From Draconibacterium sp. (GTDB taxonomy: Bacteria; Bacteroidota; Bacteroidia; Bacteroidales; Prolixibacteraceae), in contig JBKDZK010000314.1 in NCBI GenBank assembly GCA_047971205.1, forward strand, positions 1-44,109: a DNA stretch of 44,109 nt. Reading direction: 5' to 3'. How positions within the stretch are numbered: position 1 is the stretch's first letter; each line of letters begins with the position of its first letter. The position numbers and the translations under genes are program-made. The notes under the pieces are model-generated. The model ran no database searches and was not told the origin of the DNA. It was given only the letters and a program-made list of their open reading frames with translations. This document shows positions 37,581 to 44,109 of the stretch, piece after piece.

Positions 37581-40031
37581 ATGCAAACCAACAAACAACT
37601 CGAGCTGGCGTTTGATTTTATTCAGTATACCGGACAGAATGTTTTTCTGACAGGTAAGGCAGGAACCGGCAAAACCACTTTTCTGAAAAATCTGAAACTT
37701 CGTTCGCCCAAGCGCATGATTGTAGTCGCTCCAACGGGCGTGGCAGCTATCAATGCCGGAGGGGTAACCATTCACTCTTTTTTTCAGTTGAATTTTGGTC
37801 CGCAGATCGGGCAACCGGGAGAAGACAGCCGGCAAATGCGCTTTAGCAAGGAAAAGATCAATATCATTCGCAGTCTCGATCTGTTGGTGATCGACGAAAT
37901 AAGTATGGTGCGGGCCGATGTTTTAGATGCCATCGATCGCGTGATGCGTCGCTTCCGGAATCGGCAAAAAGCTTTTGGCGGCACCCAGGTACTGATGATT
38001 GGCGACTTGCAGCAACTGGCGCCGGTGGTAAAAAGAGACGAATGGGAATTGCTAAGGGCCGAGTACAACACCGTGTACTTTTTTAGCAGCAAGGCACTCC
38101 GCGAAACTTCATACGTCAGCATCGAGCTTACGCAGGTTTTCCGGCAGCAGGACGATACATTCATTTCAATTCTGAATAAGGTGCGTGAAAATTTGCTGGA
38201 TGAAGCCGCACGGACAGAACTGAACAGCCGTTGCAATCCGCAATTTAACCCGGCCGACGGGGAAGGCTACATCACCCTTTGTACCCACAACGCGCAGGCG
38301 CAGCGTATGAACGAAACTAAACTGCGCAGTCTTTCGACAAAGGAACAAAAGTTTGATGCTCGTATTGAAGGCAATTTCCCGGAATATTCTTTTCCCACCG
38401 AAGCAAGCCTGCGCCTGAAAGAGGGTGCCCAGGTAATGTTTGTTAAGAATGATCCGGAAGTGGAGAAACGTTTTTTTAACGGCAAGATCGGGCGTATTAC
38501 TGGTTTTGATGAAGACACAGTACGGGTTCAATGTCCCGGTGAAGAAGACGAAATTGAAGTGACACCGCTTTTGTGGGAGAATGTAAAATACACCATAGAT
38601 AAAGATACCGCGGAGATCAAAGAAGAGGTGGAGGGCTCGTTTTCGCAGATACCGCTGAAGCTGGCCTGGGCCATCACCATTCATAAAAGCCAGGGGCTTA
38701 CGTTCGATAAGGCGATTATCGACGCGGAAGCCTCGTTTGCGCACGGGCAGGTGTATGTGGCGCTTAGCCGCTGCCGCACGCTCGACGGGCTGGTACTTCG
38801 GACTCCGATTGCCGGCCACAGTATTATTTCTGACAAAACGGTGAACGGCTTTATTCAGGAGGTGGAAGCAAACCCACCCGGAGAAAAGGAACTGCAAGCT
38901 GCGAAACAAGCTTTTCAGCGCGAACAACTGGGTGAACTTTTTCGCTTTTACCGCGAAATGTACCTCGTAAACCAGGTATTAAAAACCATCGATGAGAATG
39001 CCGGGAGTTTTACGCAGCCCGTGATTAACGGTTTCCGGGAGATGAAGTCGCTCATTCAAAATGAACTGATTGAGGTGGCTGAAAAATTTCAAATACAGAT
39101 CGACCAATACTTAAGGGCAAATCCCGATGTCGGGAAAAATGAAAAGCTGGACGAGCGCATTAAAAAGGCAGCCGACTATTTTGAGACAAAAGTACAGGCG
39201 ATTATTGTGGATGCGCTGGACGAGCTTGATCTGGAAGTGGACAACCGTGCCCTTCGGAAACAGATCACCGGCCGCGCCGATGATTTGAAAGCTGAAGCAT
39301 TGATAAAGCTGGCGGCTTATGCCGTTTGTAAGGAAGGATTCTCAGTAAAAGAAATAATGGAAGCGCGGGCTCATGTGCTGATCGACACTGCCAGCGTTAA
39401 GCGAAAGACCTCGAAAGCGAAAGAAGTTCTTTCTTCCGAACATATTCCGCATCCCGATCTCTACAATCATTTGAGGGCCTGGCGATACGAGAAGTCGGTA
39501 GCAGAGGGTATTCCTCCGTACATGATCTTTGCTCAGAGATCTTTGCTCGAGTTGGTGCATTATCTTCCCGTAGATAAAGCTTCCCTGAAACTTATCAATG
39601 GAATGGGATCCAAAAAGATTGAGCAGTTCGGGGCTGAGATCATCGAAAAAATCCGGGGTTACTGCGAAGAAAACCATATCGATCGTGGAGAAATTCCGCT
39701 AAAGGAAAATCCAAAGAAGGAGAAGAAGCCAAAAGTGGATACCAAGAAGGTGAGTCTGGAACTGTTTCAGTCGGGAAAATCGGTTGCAGAGATTGCAAAG
39801 GAACGCGGTTTGGTGGAAACAACCATCAGCAGTCATTTGGCGCATTTTGTAAAAACGGAAGAACTTGATGTTTTTCAGTTTCTTACAAAAGATAAACTCG
39901 AAAAAATTCTGGAATATTTCAGAAATACGCCGGATAAAAACCTGTCGCCTGCCCGCGAAGCTTTGGGAGAAGACTTCAGTTACGCCGATTTGAGGATGGG
40001 ATTGAGTTATCTGGAATCGGAGAAAGCTTAA
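37581..40031 (+). CDS. Pif1/RecD-like SF1B helicase with HRDC and C-terminal HTH domains
   Basis: GKAGTGKT, APTGVAA, IDEISM, GDLQQLAPV, AITIHKSQG and YVALSR motifs; HRDC 'LRAWR...IPPYMIF'; HTH 'SVAEIAKERGLVETTISSHL'. Confidence 0.92.
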   Translation: MQTNKQLELAFDFIQYTGQNVFLTGKAGTGKTTFLKNLKLRSPKRMIVVAPTGVAAINAGGVTIHSFFQLNFGPQIGQPGEDSRQMRFSKEKINIIRSLDLLVIDEISMVRADVLDAIDRVMRRFRNRQKAFGGTQVLMIGDLQQLAPVVKRDEWELLRAEYNTVYFFSSKALRETSYVSIELTQVFRQQDDTFISILNKVRENLLDEAARTELNSRCNPQFNPADGEGYITLCTHNAQAQRMNETKLRSLSTKEQKFDARIEGNFPEYSFPTEASLRLKEGAQVMFVKNDPEVEKRFFNGKIGRITGFDEDTVRVQCPGEEDEIEVTPLLWENVKYTIDKDTAEIKEEVEGSFSQIPLKLAWAITIHKSQGLTFDKAIIDAEASFAHGQVYVALSRCRTLDGLVLRTPIAGHSIISDKTVNGFIQEVEANPPGEKELQAAKQAFQREQLGELFRFYREMYLVNQVLKTIDENAGSFTQPVINGFREMKSLIQNELIEVAEKFQIQIDQYLRANPDVGKNEKLDERIKKAADYFETKVQAIIVDALDELDLEVDNRALRKQITGRADDLKAEALIKLAAYAVCKEGFSVKEIMEARAHVLIDTASVKRKTSKAKEVLSSEHIPHPDLYNHLRAWRYEKSVAEGIPPYMIFAQRSLLELVHYLPVDKASLKLINGMGSKKIEQFGAEIIEKIRGYCEENHIDRGEIPLKENPKKEKKPKVDTKKVSLELFQSGKSVAEIAKERGLVETTISSHLAHFVKTEELDVFQFLTKDKLEKILEYFRNTPDKNLSPAREALGEDFSYADLRMGLSYLESEKA

Positions 40032-40091
40032 AGACAACATCGAGAAGACACAAAAAAACTGCATTCTTTGTGACTTGGTGTCTTTGTGTTT
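40031..40091. repeat. Degenerate octamer (CACAAAGA / TCTTTGTG) inverted repeat
   Basis: Left arm AAGACAAC...AAGACACAAA; right arm CTTTGTGA CTTGGTGT CTTTGTGT; lies between convergent genes. Confidence 0.6.
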
Positions 40092-40100
40092 AATAATCCA

Positions 40101-40544
40101 TTAATATTTCTGTATCAGAAAAATTCCACTGATCAGCAATAGAATTCCGGCGATACGCCCGGCTGAAATCTGGTGAACGTTTAATCCGAAAAAACCATAA
40201 TGGTCGATAATGGAAGCGGCAATCAATTGCCCCGCAATGGAAGCTGCCAATACCGTGCTGACTCCAATCCGGGGAATAAAAAAGATCACCGACGAAACAA
40301 AAATAGCTCCGAGCATTCCTCCAGCCAGTAGATACCAGGGCGCTGTTTTTACGTGGCCCCAATCAGGAATTTGTGTTTTGAAAATAACATTGAGAGCCAG
40401 CAAACAGATAAAACCTACCAGAAAATTAACAAGCGCTCCCTGAATCGGATGCTTTAAAAAAGTAGTTAGCTGGGTGTTGATACTTCCCTGAATGGCCAGT
40501 AAAAAACCTATTAACAGAACTATAAGGGTATAAAATGCTTTCAT
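40101..40544 (-). CDS. DMT-family transporter (YdcZ/DUF606-like)
   Basis: 'AIQGSINTQL', 'PWYLLAGGMLGA' and 'GQL..ASIIDHYGFFG' motifs; about 5 TM segments. Confidence 0.88.
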   Translation of the reverse strand: MKAFYTLIVLLIGFLLAIQGSINTQLTTFLKHPIQGALVNFLVGFICLLALNVIFKTQIPDWGHVKTAPWYLLAGGMLGAIFVSSVIFFIPRIGVSTVLAASIAGQLIAASIIDHYGFFGLNVHQISAGRIAGILLLISGIFLIQKY

Positions 40545-40672
40545 GAATCGTATTGTTTGATTGCAAGTATAAGAATTTCACCCCGACTGAGCATTTTTCA
40601 ATGTCAAATATTATCATTTGAGAAAAGGATGGGGGAAAATCAATTCGATGAAAAACTTAGCGGGCGGATGAT

Positions 40673-40680
40673 TATCTTTG
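40673..40680 (+). promoter_or_regulatory. -7 promoter element for the ABC-F gene
   Basis: TATCTTTG, 24 nt before ATG 40705. Confidence 0.6.
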
Positions 40681-40704
40681 CCGCCTTATTTTCAGAAGAT
40701 AATT

Positions 40705-42342
40705 ATGATTTCGATTGATGGATTGGCGGTTACATATAGCGGAACAACTTTGTTCAAAGACATCAACTTTGTGGTGAACGAAAAGGACCGTATTGCCTTG
40801 ATGGGGAAAAATGGTGCCGGTAAATCAACATTGTTGAAGATTATTGCAGGTGTTCAAACTCCTTCAGCAGGAAAAGTGTCGGCACCCAAAGATGCAGTAA
40901 TTGCCTACCTTCCGCAGCATTTACTGGTAGATAACAGCCGCAGTTTATTTGATGAGGCTTCGCAGGCTTTTTCCGATGTGCTGAACATGCAGCAAAGGCT
41001 CGAAGAGCTGAATCACGAGCTCACCGTCAGAACCGACTACGAATCGGATGAATACAGCAAGATTATTGAGGAAGTATCGGATTTAAGTGAGAAACTATAC
41101 AGCCAGGGCGAGATAAACTTTGATGCAGAAGTTGAAAAGATTTTATTGGGACTGGGTTTCTTACGGGAAGATTTTCAGCGCCCCACTTCCGATTTTAGCG
41201 GGGGTTGGCGCATGCGAATCGAGCTCGCCAAGATTCTGCTGAAAAAGCCCGACCTGATTTTGCTCGATGAGCCTACCAACCACCTCGATATTGAATCGGT
41301 GCAATGGCTCGAAGAATTCCTGGTGAACGAAGCCAGGGCCGTGATTGTGATTTCGCACGACCGGGCGTTTGTCGATAACATTACCACCCGAACCATCGAG
41401 GTTACCATGGGACGTATTTACGACTACAAAGTGAATTATACGAAATACCTGGAACTTCGTAAAGAGCGCCGCGAGCAACAACAGAAAGCATACGACGATC
41501 AGCAAAAAATGATTGCGGAAACCGAGCAGTTTATCGAGCGTTTCAAAGGAACGTATTCAAAAACATTGCAGGTGCAGTCGCGTGTAAAAATGCTGGAAAA
41601 ACTGGAGTTGGTGGAAGTCGATGAAATGGACACCTCGCACCTGAAACTTCGCTTTCCTCCGTCGCCTCGTTCGGGTAATTTTCCGGTAATTGCCGATCAG
41701 GTAGAAAAATCGTACGGTGATCATTTGGTATTCTCGGGGGCAACTTTTACTATTCACCGTGGAGATAAAGTGGCGTTTGTAGGGAAGAACGGTGAAGGGA
41801 AAACCACACTGGTAAAAGCCATTATGGGTGAGCTGGAACAAGGCGGAACATTAAGCCTGGGGCACAATTCAATGATCGGCTACTTTTCGCAAAACGAAGC
41901 TTCGTTGCTGGATGAAAAGCTAACGGTTTTTCAAACTATCGACGATGTGGCAAAAGGAGACATTCGCACAAAAATCAAAGATATTCTGGGGGCATTTATG
42001 TTTGGCGGCGATAGTTGGGACAAACAGGTAAGTGTGCTTTCGGGGGGTGAGCGTACCCGGCTGGCAATGATCAAATTGTTGCTGGAGCCGGTGAACCTGC
42101 TGATTCTTGATGAGCCTACCAATCACCTGGATATTCGTACAAAAGACATCCTGAAGCAAGCGTTAATGGAATTCGATGGCACCTTGATTCTGGTATCGCA
42201 CGACCGCGACTTTCTGGATGGATTGGTTCATAAAGTGTATGAGTTCGGAAATAAACGCGTAAAAGAATACGAAGAAAGTATCCGCGAGTTCCTGGAACGA
42301 AAAAAAATGGAGCATTTGCGCGAGCTGGAGGCAAAACGCTAA
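40705..42342 (+). CDS. ABC-F family ATPase (ribosome-associated)
   Basis: Two NBDs (GKNGAGKST/FSGGW/LDEPTNHLD and GKNGEGKTT/LSGGE/LDEPTNHLD) joined by a helical linker; no TM segments. Confidence 0.94.
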   Translation: MISIDGLAVTYSGTTLFKDINFVVNEKDRIALMGKNGAGKSTLLKIIAGVQTPSAGKVSAPKDAVIAYLPQHLLVDNSRSLFDEASQAFSDVLNMQQRLEELNHELTVRTDYESDEYSKIIEEVSDLSEKLYSQGEINFDAEVEKILLGLGFLREDFQRPTSDFSGGWRMRIELAKILLKKPDLILLDEPTNHLDIESVQWLEEFLVNEARAVIVISHDRAFVDNITTRTIEVTMGRIYDYKVNYTKYLELRKERREQQQKAYDDQQKMIAETEQFIERFKGTYSKTLQVQSRVKMLEKLELVEVDEMDTSHLKLRFPPSPRSGNFPVIADQVEKSYGDHLVFSGATFTIHRGDKVAFVGKNGEGKTTLVKAIMGELEQGGTLSLGHNSMIGYFSQNEASLLDEKLTVFQTIDDVAKGDIRTKIKDILGAFMFGGDSWDKQVSVLSGGERTRLAMIKLLLEPVNLLILDEPTNHLDIRTKDILKQALMEFDGTLILVSHDRDFLDGLVHKVYEFGNKRVKEYEESIREFLERKKMEHLRELEAKR

Positions 42343-42350
42343 GTTATATA

Positions 42351-42411
42351 AACACAAAGACACAAAGACACGAAGGAAAAGGTTCACTTAGTGTCTTTGT
42401 GCCTTAGTGTT
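42351..42411. repeat. Octamer-periodic inverted repeat (22/25 match)
   Basis: AACACAAAGACACAAAGACACGAAG-N11-CTTAGTGTCTTTGTGCCTTAGTGTT between convergent genes. Confidence 0.85.
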
Positions 42412-42423
42412 CAGTCTTTAAAA

Positions 42424-43698
42424 CTAGATTTCCGGCGCGTTCGCCAGCAAATATTCTTCAGCTTTTACGTTCCACAAGCCTTTCGTTTCGGCTACCAGTT
42501 TTGCCAGTTCAGCATAAAACGAGTCTGTTTTTCCCAATTCAGCAAAATCAGAAATGGCAACCAACGGAAGGTTTTTGTGCGTGTAGATCAGTTTTTTCCC
42601 TCCCGGAATATTAGGGAGATTCAGGGTCGTCTCGGCTACAGCATTCAATCCCCCAATGTGAGTTATCAGACCTGCGGGATCAAGACCTTTGCTCATCACG
42701 TCGAGTGCTTCTACCATATCATCGTTGTTACCTCCGGAGGTTCCCACAATGTGGGTGTAAGCATAATGAACGTTGTAGAAGTTCAGTTTTGCCGAAAACT
42801 CAGTATTCGAAGGTCCGGCAAAAAAGTTGAGACAGCCATCGTGAGCGAGAATCGCATCGCCTTGTTCAACTACCGGAGCTACCGGAGCGAATACGAAAAC
42901 GTCGTTGTATCCTTCTCTTCCCGAAACGTCTTTTAGTGCTTTCACCGGATCTTCCACATTCCCTGTATTCAGGTAAATCAGCTCAATGCCTTTTTCTTTC
43001 GCCCACTCCACGGGGAAAATTTCTGCAGCACGGTCCAAACGATCTTGTGCAATATCGGTCACTACCAGGAGCGATGGTTTGCGGTCTTCGCGGCTGATTA
43101 CGTAATTGATGGCAGCTAATCCCATGGGACCTACACCTGCGAGGATGGCCATCTTCCCACCTTCCACAATCTCCATTTCGTGAACGTATGAACCCGGAGT
43201 GGTGTGGTAGTTGGCATGCATCGCACCGATAACACAACTTAGAGGCTCGGATAACGACGCCGGGTAAAAGCCGGGACCGTCATAAGCCAGCAAACAATCC
43301 TGCTCGAGCACATCTTTCGGAATGATCACGTAAGTGGCATCGCCGCCAATATATTGATAAGAATAACCGGGGGCACTTAAAATCCCTGCCGGTCCGTCTT
43401 TGTAATAAATAGCCGGCTGTATCGAATATTTCTGACCCGGTTTGAATTTGTGCTGCCATTTTGCACCTACTTCTACAATCTCTCCTGAAAATTCGTGCCC
43501 GATCATAATCGGTTCTTCTGCAATGTTATTTGGGACGCGTTTGTGGTCAGTTGCCTGTGTGGCAGCTTTGTAGCTCGACATGCAAATGCTGTCGCTTACT
43601 ACTTTGGCCAGAATTTCATCATCCTTGATCTCCGGAAGCTCAAATTCTTCCAGTCGCAGATCTTTCTTTCCGTACAATCTTACTGCTTTTGTTTTCAT
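42424..43698 (-). CDS. Zinc-binding MDR dehydrogenase, L-sorbose-1-phosphate-reductase-like
   Basis: AVRLYGKKDLRLEEF, DSICMSSYKA, GHEFSG, EPLSC, AGVGPMG and GTSGG motifs. Confidence 0.85.
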   Translation of the reverse strand: MKTKAVRLYGKKDLRLEEFELPEIKDDEILAKVVSDSICMSSYKAATQATDHKRVPNNIAEEPIMIGHEFSGEIVEVGAKWQHKFKPGQKYSIQPAIYYKDGPAGILSAPGYSYQYIGGDATYVIIPKDVLEQDCLLAYDGPGFYPASLSEPLSCVIGAMHANYHTTPGSYVHEMEIVEGGKMAILAGVGPMGLAAINYVISREDRKPSLLVVTDIAQDRLDRAAEIFPVEWAKEKGIELIYLNTGNVEDPVKALKDVSGREGYNDVFVFAPVAPVVEQGDAILAHDGCLNFFAGPSNTEFSAKLNFYNVHYAYTHIVGTSGGNNDDMVEALDVMSKGLDPAGLITHIGGLNAVAETTLNLPNIPGGKKLIYTHKNLPLVAISDFAELGKTDSFYAELAKLVAETKGLWNVKAEEYLLANAPEI

Positions 43699-43762
43699 AT
43701 CTGTTTTTTATTTTAATTCTTTCTTTTGCCGTGACTTGAATAATTTATGGTTTTGTGATTGC

Positions 43763-43829
43763 ACTCACCCTGATCCCGAGTGCTCGGGATCGTCCCTCTC
43801 TACGCGTAGAGGGGGAGAAGAGGGAGAGT
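43763..43829. repeat. Composite REP-like element
   Basis: Outer ACTCACCCT/AGGGAGAGT arms enclose GATCCCGAG-TG-CTCGGGATC and CCCTCTCTAC-GC-GTAGAGGGGG hairpins. Confidence 0.7.
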
Positions 43830-43875
43830 CGGTTATCAACTTATTTTCCATTTTAATTTCAAATCTTGCACTCCA

Positions 43876-44109
43876 TTAATATTTTGTGCTTCTTTTTACC
43901 ATCTCCAATAATTCGGCAGGGCTGTTTATAAAGTCAACGCAACCTGCTTCTTCCATATCTTCCAGTTTTCCGTAACCCCACGTCACACCAAGCGTTTGCA
44001 TTCCGCCAGCTTTACCTGTTTTTATGTCAACATAGGAATCTCCCACAAACAGAACGTCACTGCTTTTTATATTGAATTTCTGTGCGACCAGGTTGGCCGC
44101 AAAGGGATC
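43876..44109 (-). CDS. HAD-family hydrolase, C-terminal 77 aa (gene starts outside the window)
   Basis: Minus frame reads DPFAANLVAQKFNIKSSDVLFVGDSYVDIKTGKAGGMQTLGVTWGYG...STKY-stop, containing motif IV GDS..D. Confidence 0.88.
   Translation of the reverse strand, partial: DPFAANLVAQKFNIKSSDVLFVGDSYVDIKTGKAGGMQTLGVTWGYGKLEDMEEAGCVDFINSPAELLEMVKRSTKY

Overview
Mostly core-genome window from a Bacteroidota chromosome, with TAnnTTTG-type promoters and A-rich translation starts lacking a Shine-Dalgarno sequence. Gene content is reminiscent of Prolixibacteraceae (inference). Gene order: proB-proA, RelE/ParE TA pair, argF', a second RelBE pair with a frameshifted toxin, hisA-hisF-hisIE, a split hypothetical gene, (minus) ftsX-DUF3098-uppP-truB-queA, rplM-rpsI-rpsB-tsf, an about 900 bp unannotated structured region, tRNA-Thr(CGT), lysS, recJ, HAD, acyltransferase, HhH/beta-barrel plus PorV/FadL-like barrel pair, purE, hpt-adk-obgE-PAP2-MutS-like, parE-parC-aroK, C1 peptidase, a deleted ThDP-enzyme pseudogene, Pif1-HRDC helicase, DMT, ABC-F, a sorbose-1-P-reductase-like dehydrogenase and a partial HAD. 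I see no CRISPR array, integrase or transposase. The best candidates for something undescribed are: (i) the tsf-tRNA interval, with a missed 30-aa transmembrane peptide gene, a structured leader, an orphan minus-strand terminator (candidate sRNA, type-I-TA-like) and a duplicated tRNA 3' end; (ii) a -1 frameshifted RelE whose stop overlaps the hisA start; (iii) a QMSLF clamp-binding-like motif ending ParC; (iv) several families of periodic inverted repeats between genes. All protein calls come from motif recognition by eye; no searches were run.
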